Shown here: one piece after another, positions 1-10,213 of the stretch
How positions within the stretch are numbered: the first letter of the stretch is position 1
Layout of the letters: each line of letters starts with the position of its first letter
Assembly (NCBI GenBank): GCA_050287085.1
Contig: JBNKBE010000011.1
Coordinates: 32,001 to 96,000, forward strand
Direction of reading: 5' to 3'
Source: Polyangiaceae bacterium
GTDB taxonomy: Bacteria > Myxococcota_A > Polyangia > Polyangiales > Polyangiaceae
Length of the DNA: 64,000 nucleotides
Made by a program: the position numbers and the translations under genes
Notes under the pieces: model-generated
Seen by the model: only the letters and a program-made list of their open reading frames with translations
What the model was told of the DNA's origin: nothing
Database searches by the model: none

Positions 1-113
1 CGCGCTAACTCTTCCATCTGCGCGCTGGAGTGGTGCCGCTGCGCGTCCAGCATCAGAGCAAATGCCACCAGAGTGGCAACAAGGACCAAACCGCGGAGTA
101 GTGACTTGTTCAT
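1..113 (-). CDS. 5' end of a secreted/membrane protein (runs off the window)
   Basis: ATG at 113 preceded by a purine-rich RBS (AAAGAGGGGG); MNKSLLRGLVLVATLVAFALMLD looks like a signal peptide or TM segment; frame open to the edge. Confidence 0.6.
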   Translation of the reverse strand, partial: MNKSLLRGLVLVATLVAFALMLDAQRHHSSAQMEELA

Positions 114-242
114 GATCGCCCCCTCTTTGTAACAGAAAAGCCCTGGGAACATCACCCAAATGTCACACAGATGCCACAAATACTGAATCTAGCGACCTTG
201 ATTCGTGCAATTCCGCGGGATTAGGGCAAGGAACAACGCCGC

Positions 243-923
243 CTAGTTACACTTACGGTCAAAGTCCGCGCGCGCTTGAACACAACGGGCGCGCCCCTGC
301 GCGCAACGCCGCACTTCAGTCGACGTCGGCAAGCCGAACTCCAAACGGCAAATGCGCTCAGAAAGATCACAAATTGAGTCCCGGAGTTTCTGCGCCGCCA
401 GGCAATTCGGCTCCGTCAAAGACAGCGCCTCTCCGAGCGCCTGATAGCGTTCTTCGAGCTGCTGAAAAGCCATGGCCGGTGTAACCAGAGTCGGCTCGGC
501 GTCCGCCGGAGCGTCCATTCGCGCTCGGTCAGCCCCCGATGCTGACCCCGCCTCGGCCGTTCCCAGCTTTGACTTCGGCGGGGTAGGCTTCGCTTGCCTG
601 GCAGGCTTCGGCTTTGACGGGATTGCTTCGAACGTCCCTGCGCTCCTCTCGGCGTCCATTTCAGCCGCTTCTTCGACGGCCGGCGCGGGGGCGGAAGAAG
701 GCGGTTCCGAAGGTGGTCGCTTCTCCTTCTTTGCCTGCTCAGACGGCTCGATCACGGGCCTGGCCGCCGCCGTCTCGGGTTGACGCGTTTCCTGGGGCGC
801 GTGTGAGCGTCCGCAGGCGACGAACAGCAGGGCCGCGCACGCGAGGGCCACCCCTCTATGTGTCGTCGTAACGGCCTGAGCGCGAAAGCCTGAGTGGTTG
901 GATCTACGCCGTTGACTCTTCAT
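243..923 (-). CDS. Hypothetical lipoprotein with a Pro/Ala-rich linker and C-terminal Cys-rich helical domain
   Basis: Lipobox LFVAC; low-complexity middle; six Cys at the C-terminus; abuts the upstream gene. Confidence 0.65.
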   Translation of the reverse strand: MKSQRRRSNHSGFRAQAVTTTHRGVALACAALLFVACGRSHAPQETRQPETAAARPVIEPSEQAKKEKRPPSEPPSSAPAPAVEEAAEMDAERSAGTFEAIPSKPKPARQAKPTPPKSKLGTAEAGSASGADRARMDAPADAEPTLVTPAMAFQQLEERYQALGEALSLTEPNCLAAQKLRDSICDLSERICRLEFGLPTSTEVRRCAQGRARCVQARADFDRKCN

Positions 924-1478
924 TTACTCACTATTGCTCCCGGGCGTCTCGCCCAAAGCCTGCTTCAGCAGCACTTGGTTGATGATCATCGCTTGCTCAT
1001 ACGCTCGGATGGCCTCCGCCTTTTCCCCCCGCCGTTCATGCAAACGTCCGAGCAGCTCGAGCAGATTGGCGCGTGCCAAAGTCGGCGTATCGTTGAAGGA
1101 CAGCCCTCGTTGTACGTCGACCAACGCTTGGTCCACGGCCCCGCGCTGTAATAGGAGCTCCCCCAGCCGATAGGCGCCGTCCTGCTGAAGCCAGGCGATC
1201 ACCGCCCCGGAGGAGGGCAAAGCTTGCAGGGCAGAACGAAGTGCCGTCTCCGCCTGTTCGCGCTCGCTCGCGCTGCGGGCGCCGTCCGCAAGCTCATGAG
1301 CCGCCCGCAAGCGTTCGCGCGCACTGCGCAACGCTTCGGCGTCCGGCTGGTTTCCCACCTGACAAGCACCTAGGCCCGCGACGAGCCACAGTGTCCCCAA
1401 AACGCGGCGCACACGGAGTCCCCGAACAGATCCGTCGAGGCCCCAAGGCAGCGCTTGGTCAAAGCGCGCACGCGACAT
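924..1478 (-). CDS. TPR-repeat lipoprotein
   Basis: Lipobox LGAC; TPR-like helices (AYRLGELLLQRG; LLELLGRLHERRGEKAEAIRAYEQA). Confidence 0.7.
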   Translation of the reverse strand: MSRARFDQALPWGLDGSVRGLRVRRVLGTLWLVAGLGACQVGNQPDAEALRSARERLRAAHELADGARSASEREQAETALRSALQALPSSGAVIAWLQQDGAYRLGELLLQRGAVDQALVDVQRGLSFNDTPTLARANLLELLGRLHERRGEKAEAIRAYEQAMIINQVLLKQALGETPGSNSE

Positions 1479-1481
1479 GAG

Positions 1482-2009
1482 TCAACGCACCTCCGCAAGA
1501 ACCTGTCGACGGTAAGCCGCCAAACGGAGAGCGTACGCCTTGCGGTCCGCCCCTGGGTTGGCGACCACTGCTGCCTGCGCCTGAATCAGAGCCAACTCGG
1601 GTACGGGCAACCTGCTGTGCACAGGCACCCACTGCTCCGAAGCCTTTCCGCCCAACGAGGGCTGCACGGCCAGCCACACGGCCGCGGGTGCTATCAAGCC
1701 CGCCGACAACCACATGACGCTCCGCAGGCGTACCGACCAGCTCGGCGCCCCAACGGCCGCTCCGCTCAACACACGACGTCGGACACCCGCTAGGCGCCCC
1801 CCCGGCGGCTCAGCAGGACCCAAGAGCCGCAACAGGACGTGGATCGGTTGCCACGCGTCTGGCCACGACTCTGCGCTTGCGCGCGAGTCCGCGTCGAGCT
1901 CTACCAAGAGCCGCGCAGCGCCTCGTTCCTCGGCCGTCGTGGGCGGTTCTCCCAGCGCGCGCAACTCCTCGTCGATGCCGATGTCACCCAAGGTGTCGTT
2001 CTCGCTCAT
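1482..2009 (-). CDS. Putative membrane anti-sigma factor
   Basis: ATG at 2009 overlaps the sigma stop (ATGA); one TM segment (WLSAGLIAPAAVWLAV); directly downstream of the ECF sigma gene. Confidence 0.55.
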   Translation of the reverse strand: MSENDTLGDIGIDEELRALGEPPTTAEERGAARLLVELDADSRASAESWPDAWQPIHVLLRLLGPAEPPGGRLAGVRRRVLSGAAVGAPSWSVRLRSVMWLSAGLIAPAAVWLAVQPSLGGKASEQWVPVHSRLPVPELALIQAQAAVVANPGADRKAYALRLAAYRRQVLAEVR

Positions 2010-2731
2010 TGGCTTTGCGCTCCTTCGCTTCCCTGCTCCCAACGCGCCCGCAGCGCCTTCAGTGCCCGCAAGATGAGAACGTCGAAGGTCGCAACCCGAA
2101 CGCTCATCGCAGTGGCACAATCCTGCCGCGACAACTCCTGAAAATAGCGCAGCTCTATCGCCCGCCGATACCGTTCGTTCAAGTCGTCCAAGCAACGGGA
2201 TAGATGTCGCTCATACCGGCCGAATAGGTCACGACTCACCAACGCCTCTTCGGGTGAAATGGGGCAGTCTAGAAGCGGCCGCCACTGCACTTCCAACTGC
2301 TCTTGCGTGCGAGCGCGGACGGCACGACGGCGGTGCATGTCCATCGCCTTGTTCTGTGCGATGCGCGCAAACCAGAAGTAGATGCTCGCGCCACGCGGCT
2401 CAAACTGCCCCAACTTCTCGATCCCCGTACGAAAGGTTTCGGCCAGCGCGTCCTCGGCGCTGGCCACGTCTCCCAGTTTGGGGAGCAGAACCTGTACAAA
2501 AAGGGGCTCCGCGTACGCGTCGTAGAGCTGTCCCAGGGCCCGCGTATTCCCTGCCTTTGCCGAGGCCACCACCTGTGCCTCCCACGCGAGACGCTCCGGC
2601 TCGTTGAGCCCATCTCGCGACGAACCGGCCCCCTGCCTTCGCGGTGCATCCACAGCGCAGGCACTATGCGTTCCTTGCGCGACCGGACGCAAGAAAGGAG
2701 ACCCCTGAAGTTCAAACACCAATACCGCCAT
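2006..2731 (-). CDS. ECF-type RNA polymerase sigma-70 factor (start uncertain)
   Basis: Region 2 (AEDALAETF...WFARIAQNKAMD) and region 4 (LNERYRRAIELRYFQELSRQDCA...RALKALR). Confidence 0.85.
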   Translation of the reverse strand: MAVLVFELQGSPFLRPVAQGTHSACAVDAPRRQGAGSSRDGLNEPERLAWEAQVVASAKAGNTRALGQLYDAYAEPLFVQVLLPKLGDVASAEDALAETFRTGIEKLGQFEPRGASIYFWFARIAQNKAMDMHRRRAVRARTQEQLEVQWRPLLDCPISPEEALVSRDLFGRYERHLSRCLDDLNERYRRAIELRYFQELSRQDCATAMSVRVATFDVLILRALKALRARWEQGSEGAQSQ

Positions 2732-2833
2732 CTGGAACGTAAACGCGGCAGGCCGGCCCAACTTACAGCTTTCCACTCCGAGGAACGCGGAACCCGACTT
2801 TCGCGTTCGCGGCCGGTCTGGCACGGTTGCCCG

Positions 2834-4456
2834 GTGATCCAGGTAGACTCCATCTCCAAGCGCCACGGTAGTCAGATTGTGTTTCTCGACGCTTCCCTCA
2901 GTCTGATGCGCGGGGACCGAGTCGGTCTGATCGGACCCAACGGCGCAGGGAAGTCGACCCTTTTTCGGCTGATCGTGGGCCAAGAGAGCCCCGACGCCGG
3001 TCAGATCGCCATCGAACGCGGCACGGTGCTCGGGTACTTTGATCAGAAGGTTGGCGAGATGAGCGGCACGACGGTCCTGGAGGCGACACTCTCAGGCGCC
3101 GGTGAACTTGCAGGCGTTCGAGCCGAGCTGGCCCACCTGGAGGCAGCGCTGGCCGATCCGGAACGCGCTGACGAGCTGGAAGCGTTGGTCGAACGCTTCG
3201 GCACCGTGCAAGCTCGTTTCGACGAATTGGGAGGCTACGGCATCGAAGCGCGGGCCCAGGAAGTACTGGCCGGCTTAGGGTTCGGAATGGAGCGCTTGGA
3301 ACAAGACGTAGGCGAGCTGTCCGGAGGCTGGAAAATGCGCATTGCGCTCGCGCGTGTACTGCTCGCGCGCCCCGACGTCCTGCTTCTGGATGAACCCACA
3401 AACCACTTGGATCTCGAGTCGATCATTTGGCTGGAGGGCTTCTTGCGTCAATTCGACGGGGCCATCCTGCTCACCTCTCACGACCGAGCGTTTCTGAATC
3501 GGATGGTGACCCGCGTCGTCGACATCGACGAAGGGCAGCTTGTCCCGTACGCGGGCGACTACGACTTCTACCGTTCGCAGTACGAACTCAGACAACAGCA
3601 ACAGGCGGCACAATTCGCACGACAGCAAGCAATGCTCGCCAAGGAACAAGCCTTCATCGATCGCTTCAAGGCTCGCGCAAGCCATGCAGCCCAGGTGCAG
3701 TCTCGCCTCAAGAAGGTCGATAAGATCGAGAAGATTGAGCCGCCTAAAACTCGCAAGGTGGTCGACTTTCAGTTCAAGGCGCCACCGCGGTCGGGCGACG
3801 ACGTCGTCATGGTGGAAAGCGCAAGCAAGGCCTACGGCGAGAAGGTCATCTACGACGCCTTCGACTGGCTCCTTCGACGCGGAGAGCGTTGGTGTGTGAT
3901 GGGAGAGAATGGCGCTGGCAAGAGCACGCTTTTGCGACTGGTGGCGGGTGTGAGCTCACCTGATAGCGGCAAAGTTCGACTGGGTGCGGGTGTCAAGCTT
4001 GGCTACTTTGCTCAGCACGCGATGGAAACGCTAAGCGAAAACGAAACCGTCATCGAGACTCTGCAAGCCCGTTACCCCACAGCCAACCTCGGAGTGTTGC
4101 GCAATCTACTCGGCGCCTTCGGGTTTTCCGGCGACGCCGTCGAGAAACGGTGCGGCGTCTTGTCGGGCGGCGAGAAAGCCAGGGTGGCGCTCTCGATCAT
4201 GTTGTTTGATCCCCCCAACCTACTGGTCCTGGATGAACCAACCAACCACCTCGATATGGACACGCTAGACATGTTGATCCGTGCCCTACGGGGCTACGAA
4301 GGCACGCTGCTCTTCGTCTCTCACGATCGCGCGTTTCTTCGAGCGCTGTCCAACCGAGTGCTCGAAGTGAGTGGTGAGACACCCACTGTCTACGACGGTG
4401 GCTACGCCGAATACGTAACCCAGAGCGGGCACGAAGCGCCCGGCCTCAGAGGCTGA
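2834..4456 (+). CDS. ABC-F family ribosome-associated ATPase
   Basis: Two ABC cassettes (GPNGAGKST/LSGGW/LLLDEPTNHLD; GENGAGKST/LSGGE/LVLDEPTNHLD) with a linker and no TM segments; GTG start at 2834. Confidence 0.92.
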   Translation: MIQVDSISKRHGSQIVFLDASLSLMRGDRVGLIGPNGAGKSTLFRLIVGQESPDAGQIAIERGTVLGYFDQKVGEMSGTTVLEATLSGAGELAGVRAELAHLEAALADPERADELEALVERFGTVQARFDELGGYGIEARAQEVLAGLGFGMERLEQDVGELSGGWKMRIALARVLLARPDVLLLDEPTNHLDLESIIWLEGFLRQFDGAILLTSHDRAFLNRMVTRVVDIDEGQLVPYAGDYDFYRSQYELRQQQQAAQFARQQAMLAKEQAFIDRFKARASHAAQVQSRLKKVDKIEKIEPPKTRKVVDFQFKAPPRSGDDVVMVESASKAYGEKVIYDAFDWLLRRGERWCVMGENGAGKSTLLRLVAGVSSPDSGKVRLGAGVKLGYFAQHAMETLSENETVIETLQARYPTANLGVLRNLLGAFGFSGDAVEKRCGVLSGGEKARVALSIMLFDPPNLLVLDEPTNHLDMDTLDMLIRALRGYEGTLLFVSHDRAFLRALSNRVLEVSGETPTVYDGGYAEYVTQSGHEAPGLRG

Positions 4457-4579
4457 GACTCAGGCACCCGCGCATCACAGGCAGCTGAACGAGTGGCCGT
4501 TTCCGGTCCAACGCCACCAACCGCCTTCCCCCGCTGGCGACCTCTGGTAGGGTCCCAAGTCTCAACAGGAGGAGAGAAG

Positions 4580-5244
4580 GTGCACAACAGTATTCGTTCA
4601 TTCTTAGCGACGCTGCCTCCCCATGCGGCACGTCTGAGTTGCCTGGTGGTCATCGCTACACTGGTGACGGGCTGCCCAAGTCCCAACATGTACACCACCG
4701 CGCGGACCTTGCCCCGGGGCAAGATGGCCCATATGGTGTCGGTGGAAACCCTGGGGGCAGCGGTTGACAATAGTCAGACCGACGTCGAAGGCTCGGTCGC
4801 ACTGCCTTCGATGCCCTCGTATGAACTGCGCTACGGCGCCAGCGACAACTTCGAGCTTGACGCGAGGGTCACTCTAGGATTGACACTCGGCCTGCGTGGT
4901 AAATACAACTTCCTGCGCCAGAGGACTGTGGATCTGGCCGTTGCCCCAGGCGTCCAGTACTTTGGTATTTCCTCCAATGAAAGCGCACTGCGCGTCTTCC
5001 ACGGCAGCCTGCCGCTTCTAGTAGACAGTATTCGGTCGCGACTGGCACTGGCAGTAACGCCTTCGCTACTTCAGGGTTCATGCCACAGCTTGGAGTCGGT
5101 CTCGACCTGCGGCTTGGAGCGCTGACCCTACACCCTGAAGTCACAGCGTTGGTGCCTGTGGCCGATGATGTGGTCTCAGTACTCTACTTTGCCGGCCTCG
5201 GCTTCGTATTTGGAGCTGCGCCGAACTTCAGCGACCTGAACTAA
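4580..5244 (+). pseudogene. Frameshifted outer-membrane beta-barrel lipoprotein
   Basis: GTG 4580 after AGGAGG; lipobox LVTGC; amphipathic strands; after LLVD (about 5026) the barrel-like sequence continues in another frame (QYSVATG...LGVGLDLRLG...AGLGFVFGAAPNFSDLN*, stop 5242-5244). Confidence 0.6.
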
Positions 5245-5421
5245 GCCGGCAGGTTTGTTGGCCCCCCAGTCTCGCGCCTGCCCGGGGGCCGGTTTAGCTT
5301 TGAGGGGTGGTCGGTCCGGAGCTACCCCACCGGTTGAGCCGAATCCTCGGTGGTGAGATCCGCTTGCGGGGGGGCAAGCACTACTCATTGGCGAACGCTG
5401 CCCTAGGATGGCTGTCAGCCC

Positions 5422-6669
5422 ATGACGTCCGCCGCACCTCCTATTGCTGTTCCGGCCCTAGAACGCCGTGTCGTATTGCTGGTCGCCGGGGTGCAATTCG
5501 TCAACATCCTCGACTTCATCATCGTAATGCCGCTCGGCCCGGACTTTGCTCGCGGGCTAGGTATCCCGGTATCAACCCTGGGTTTGATCGGGGGCAGCTA
5601 CACGCTCGCTGCGGCAGCGTCTGGCGTGGCCGGCTCGCTCTTCCTGGACCGTTTCGACCGCCGGAAGGCACTCGGCTGGGCCCTGGCCGGACTGGTCTTG
5701 GCGACACTCTCGGCCAGCCTCGCAACCGGCCTCCGCAGTCTGATGGCGGCCCGCCTGGCCGCCGGCATGTTTGGCGGACCTGCCACCTCACTGGCCATCG
5801 CCGCCGTGACGGATATCGTGCCGCCGGAGCGACGCGGTCGTGCCCTGGGAACGGTGATGGGAGCCTTTTCCGTCGCGTCCGTGCTGGGCGTGCCAGCGGG
5901 ACTTGAACTGGCGCGACTGTTTGGCTGGCGCATGCCGTTCATCTGCGTCGCCGCCCTCGGGGTCGTGGTTGCTGGACTTGCAGTGACCCTGATGCCTTCG
6001 CTCCCCCCGCCTCCTGCTCGGGCAGGCTCCGGCAACCTCCTTCGTGCAGAGCGGCAGCATGTGTTGGGCGATCCACTCGCGCGCACCGCGCTCATCATCA
6101 CCCTTCTCACTACCCTCGGCGTGTTTGCGATCGTCCCAAACATCGCGGCCTTCGTACAGTTCAATAGACACTACCCCAGAGAAGATCTTGGCATGCTCTA
6201 CCTCGTCGGGGGCACGACGAGCTTCATTGCCCTGCGCTATATCGGACGCCTCGTGGACACCTTCGGCGCGTTCCGCCTCGTCGCCGCTGGTGCCCTAGTT
6301 CACAGCATCGCCCTCTGGACCGGAATCATCCACCCCGTCGAGTCCATCGGGGTCTTGGTCTTCTTCGTGACCTACATGCTGTCGAGCAGCTTGCGTATCG
6401 TTCCGAGCAGTTCGCTCAGCACGCGCGTACCGCTGCCGACCCAGCGCGCTCGCTTCATGTCCACTCAGTCCGCGGTGCAGCATGCAGGAGCTGCGCTGGG
6501 CGCGATGTTGAGCGCATGGGTCCTGGTCGAAACCCCCAGCGGCGCCCTGGCCAACATGGACCGCGTCGCCACGGCAGCGATGTTAGTCGCGCTCCTGATC
6601 CCCCTCTTTACCTATCGCCTCGAAAAAGGCGTCCAGACCAGGGAGGCGCTCCTGCTCACGGAGGATTAG
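5422..6669 (+). CDS. MFS transporter
   Basis: About 12 TM segments; motif A (GSLFLDRFDRRKAL); RGRALGTV motif. Confidence 0.9.
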   Translation: MTSAAPPIAVPALERRVVLLVAGVQFVNILDFIIVMPLGPDFARGLGIPVSTLGLIGGSYTLAAAASGVAGSLFLDRFDRRKALGWALAGLVLATLSASLATGLRSLMAARLAAGMFGGPATSLAIAAVTDIVPPERRGRALGTVMGAFSVASVLGVPAGLELARLFGWRMPFICVAALGVVVAGLAVTLMPSLPPPPARAGSGNLLRAERQHVLGDPLARTALIITLLTTLGVFAIVPNIAAFVQFNRHYPREDLGMLYLVGGTTSFIALRYIGRLVDTFGAFRLVAAGALVHSIALWTGIIHPVESIGVLVFFVTYMLSSSLRIVPSSSLSTRVPLPTQRARFMSTQSAVQHAGAALGAMLSAWVLVETPSGALANMDRVATAAMLVALLIPLFTYRLEKGVQTREALLLTED

Positions 6670-6714
6670 AGGGTCCTGGTGCATCACGCACCACCGCCAC
6701 GCGCTCACGCTTTT

Positions 6715-7656
6715 CTAAGCCGTAGGTGTCCTTGACGACGCGACAAGAGGGCTCGCTTCGCTCTCTTCGGGCGCAGGCTCACCGCCAACGGGATTAACGT
6801 CGACAGCCACGAAGAGTTGATGGCGCCCCCCCCCCAACACGACGCCCTTCAACGGGGAGACATCGCTGAAGTCGCGTCCAACTGCTGCCGTGATATGGCG
6901 TCCCTGCGGAAGCACGCCATTCGTCGGATCGAAATCGACCCAGCCACGCTGCGGAATGTAGGCGGAAAACCATGCATGACTGGCGTCAGCACCTATCAGC
7001 TTCGGCTTTCCCGGCGGAGGGAGGGTCTCCATGTAGCCCGATATGTAGCGAGCAGGAAGGCCCATGCTACGCAAACAGCCTACAGCGACGTGAGCAAAAT
7101 CCTGACACACCCCCCTGCGTTCCCTCATGACCTGAGCCAGAGGCGTGCTGATATCGGTCACATTCGACTGATACTTGAACTCCTCAAAAATGCGCCTATT
7201 GAGCTCGCAGAGACATTCCAGCAGCGAGCGACCGGGAGCAAACGTTTTCGCACAATAGTCCCGCAGCATCGAATGGCGACGCACAAGCGGTGAGTCGCAG
7301 CAGAACTCCAGCTCCGGGAAATACACCTTCGAACGGATCTGACGAGCTGCCTGATCCCAGCTTATCCCGGTTTCGAATTGGGAGACGTGCTCGAATCGAT
7401 CTTCGACGTGTACTTCGGCGTTTGCGACGACCTCGAGAACTTCGTGGTGTTGAGTGACCTCAAAATGCTCCGCCGGGTTGCCAAAATAGTCGACAAAAGC
7501 GTAGCGCTCTCTTGGTTCCGGACTGATCTCCAAAGAACGGGAAATCACTCGCTGATAGGGCAAATCGAGGACGCTCAAGTGGGCCAGGTGATGACAGTGC
7601 ATCACCGGTGCTTCGTACTCGTAGCGCGTCGAGTGACGAAAACGATAGAGCGTCAT
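6715..7656 (-). CDS. Transglutaminase family protein (Bact_transglu_N + core)
   Basis: H.TRYEY N-terminus; triad motifs GVCQDFAH, SHAW, FDPTN; GRDFSDVSP. Confidence 0.92.
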   Translation of the reverse strand: MTLYRFRHSTRYEYEAPVMHCHHLAHLSVLDLPYQRVISRSLEISPEPRERYAFVDYFGNPAEHFEVTQHHEVLEVVANAEVHVEDRFEHVSQFETGISWDQAARQIRSKVYFPELEFCCDSPLVRRHSMLRDYCAKTFAPGRSLLECLCELNRRIFEEFKYQSNVTDISTPLAQVMRERRGVCQDFAHVAVGCLRSMGLPARYISGYMETLPPPGKPKLIGADASHAWFSAYIPQRGWVDFDPTNGVLPQGRHITAAVGRDFSDVSPLKGVVLGGGRHQLFVAVDVNPVGGEPAPEESEASPLVASSRTPTA

Positions 7657-10166
7657 GGCCCGACCTCCAGAGCATCATTGACCCACAGCGGCGGTGAAAC
7701 TGCGCGCATCTGCGGCGTGTGGGCCAACCACGCTCTGTTGACGTCGTCCGAAAACTGCCACAACAGGTTCGTGGCATCCTCCAACAGCTCTCGAAGGTCG
7801 TGACCGTCGCCGGCGCAGATTTCGACGACGTCAGCGGTGAGCAAGTTGCTCTCCAGTCCGATGACGCGCCGCTCGGCGCGCGACAACACAGAGTCATTGG
7901 GGCGCGGCAGACTGGCAACGTGCTCCCGCAACTTGGTGGCTTGAAACGCGACGGAACGGGGATTCGTCGCGTCGGTCAGCAGGAGGTCCACCACGGGCGC
8001 GACCTGCAATCGACTCAGGTAGCGGCTGCGGTAGGTCAAAAGGCTGTCCGCTATTTCGAGCAAGACTTCCATATGAACACGTGATGCCCCGGGCGCCAAC
8101 ATCACCTGCAACAAAGCCAACGTCTGGGCACCCCGCTCAACGCTACGCCCCATGTCCAGGAACGCCCACGCCTGGGTGCGCACCATGTTGTCGATGGTCG
8201 TTCCGCGAACGGCGCTGAGTAGCACGAGCAACTCGTCCAAAAGTGTGACCGTCTCGCCGATGACGAAGCGCTGCGATGAACCCTCGATCAGCTTTCCGAG
8301 ACGATGCAGGTTGTGCCACGCGTCCCTGGACAGTCGACTACGAGCACGAATTGCCAGCGTGTGAATGCCGCGAATCTGCCCCCTCAAATTGGATTGGGGA
8401 CCATCGTCGGTAATACCTCCGCCAAAGACCTGAGCCAGCTCACTCCGGCGCAGTCCGGCATTCCCAGCAGGAATGACTTCCTGTTGCTCGAGCACCCGCC
8501 GAATCCGCTCGAGAGCGAGTTGCCCATCCTCCCCCGCCTCGGTTGACAGTCGGTCCAGGCCGGCGCGGAGCAAGCGCGCGGTCATGTCACAGCGCTCGAT
8601 GGAGCGTCCCAGCCAATAGAGATCGTCCAGCAGTCGGCTCGGTAAGTCGACGCCACCCCGGCGCAGACTGATACGGCCGTCGGGCATTCCAACCGGCGGC
8701 GAAGAACTTACCCCCTCGGGTGCAGAAACCCAGACATCCTTGCTGAAGCCCTCTTCTTCACCGGGGAGGAAAAGGCCGTCCGGACCGGCGTTGATACGCG
8801 CAAGGCCCCCTGCCAGGGCGGTAAACGACGGACCAGAGCGCGCAATGAAAGTCCGGATGGACACCGGGCCATAACGCAGCTTTCCGTCCAATAGGACCGG
8901 AGCCACGCTGAGCTCGAAGGGTTCCTCTGCTATGAACTGCTCCGGGTGCGCCTGGATTTGCTCGGCGAGGGCGGCGCGCGGTGCCGTTGCCATCTGACCT
9001 GGCCTCTGCGCGGCCGTCTGGCGCTCCGTGAAGGCCGGCTTGATCAGAAGCTCGTCCAAATGCGCCATCACGTAGTCGTAGGAGCGTGGATCGCCCAGCC
9101 ACCAGGTTTTTACCGAGGGCAGCGTGAAGCGCTCACCCAAGAGAAACTCCGAAGCGAGCGCCAGGTAGGGACGCAGCGCTGGCGACTCGACGAGTGCGGC
9201 CCCAAGTGGGTTTACGAGCGCGACGTTGCCCGCTCGGGCCGCGTCCACGAGGCCTGGCACGCCGCGAAAAGAGCTCTTCAAGTTCAATGAATCGCAGAAC
9301 TCATCGCGCACGCGACGCACCACCACGTCCACGCGCTTGAGCCCGGACAAGGTCTTGAGAAACACACGCCGTCCACGAACAGTGAGATCCCGCCCCTCCA
9401 CCAGATCGTAGCCGAGATAACGCGTCAGATAAGCGTGTTCAAAGGAACTTTCGTCCCCAAGCCCGGGGCTGAGCAGCACGGTACGCGTGCTCGCAGAATC
9501 CTGACTGCTGAGAGAAACGAGATGGGCCCGCCACGCGTCGAAGAAGGGACGCAAGCGCTCGACGCGGTAGTCGGCAAAGAGATCCCCCAAAGCGCCCGCC
9601 ATGGCGATTCGATTCTCCATCGCATAGCCGGAGCCGGCAGGCGCTGCGCTTCGATCGGAGAAGACACAAAAGCTCCCGTTCTGGTTGCGTCCGAGATCGA
9701 ATGCGGCCATGTGAAGCTGGTGTCCGCCGGGGGGCTTCCAGCCGAAACAGGCGCGCTCGAAGCTCGGATTGCCGTACACCGCGGCGGCCGGCACAATGCC
9801 CTCTTTGAGACAACGCTGTTCGCCGTAGAGATCGGCGAATAACGCACTCAGGAGCCGTCCGCGCTGCAGAATGCCCGCCTCAATGTGCAGCCAGTCGGCG
9901 CGCGACAGCACCAAGGGAATGGGGTCTAGACGCCACGCCCGTCGCTGACCTTCCGGATCGCCGAGCAGGTTGAAAGTCACCTCCTGCTCGGCAATGTGGC
10001 GCTTGACGGTACCCTCTAGATGTCGCAGCTCATTGCGATCGATCTCCGCAAGAAATTTCCCCAGGCGCTGCTGGTGCGCCCGCACTTTGCCATCCGCCAG
10101 ATACTCGTTGTAAGCGCCTGGAGGAGGTGGCTCAGAAAGGATCGGGGGTATCTTTGCGTCGGCCAA
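7653..10166 (-). CDS. Circularly permuted type 2 ATP-grasp ligase fused to an alpha-E (DUF403) domain
   Basis: WRLDPIP, APAGSGYAMENR, SFEHAYL, LKTLSGLKRVDV, GGLAR, SKDVW; alpha-E ER motifs YWLGRSIER and DMGRSVER. Confidence 0.9.
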   Translation of the reverse strand: MADAKIPPILSEPPPPGAYNEYLADGKVRAHQQRLGKFLAEIDRNELRHLEGTVKRHIAEQEVTFNLLGDPEGQRRAWRLDPIPLVLSRADWLHIEAGILQRGRLLSALFADLYGEQRCLKEGIVPAAAVYGNPSFERACFGWKPPGGHQLHMAAFDLGRNQNGSFCVFSDRSAAPAGSGYAMENRIAMAGALGDLFADYRVERLRPFFDAWRAHLVSLSSQDSASTRTVLLSPGLGDESSFEHAYLTRYLGYDLVEGRDLTVRGRRVFLKTLSGLKRVDVVVRRVRDEFCDSLNLKSSFRGVPGLVDAARAGNVALVNPLGAALVESPALRPYLALASEFLLGERFTLPSVKTWWLGDPRSYDYVMAHLDELLIKPAFTERQTAAQRPGQMATAPRAALAEQIQAHPEQFIAEEPFELSVAPVLLDGKLRYGPVSIRTFIARSGPSFTALAGGLARINAGPDGLFLPGEEEGFSKDVWVSAPEGVSSSPPVGMPDGRISLRRGGVDLPSRLLDDLYWLGRSIERCDMTARLLRAGLDRLSTEAGEDGQLALERIRRVLEQQEVIPAGNAGLRRSELAQVFGGGITDDGPQSNLRGQIRGIHTLAIRARSRLSRDAWHNLHRLGKLIEGSSQRFVIGETVTLLDELLVLLSAVRGTTIDNMVRTQAWAFLDMGRSVERGAQTLALLQVMLAPGASRVHMEVLLEIADSLLTYRSRYLSRLQVAPVVDLLLTDATNPRSVAFQATKLREHVASLPRPNDSVLSRAERRVIGLESNLLTADVVEICAGDGHDLRELLEDATNLLWQFSDDVNRAWLAHTPQMRAVSPPLWVNDALEVGP

Positions 10167-10213
10167 ACTACCTCTAGGCGGCGCGTCTGAAGCGCCAACA
10201 CGACGGGGTAGCC

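Noticed and set aside
2303..2833. N-terminal extension of the 717-aa ABC-F ORF
   Set aside because: It lies antisense to the ECF sigma gene; ABC similarity begins at GTG 2834
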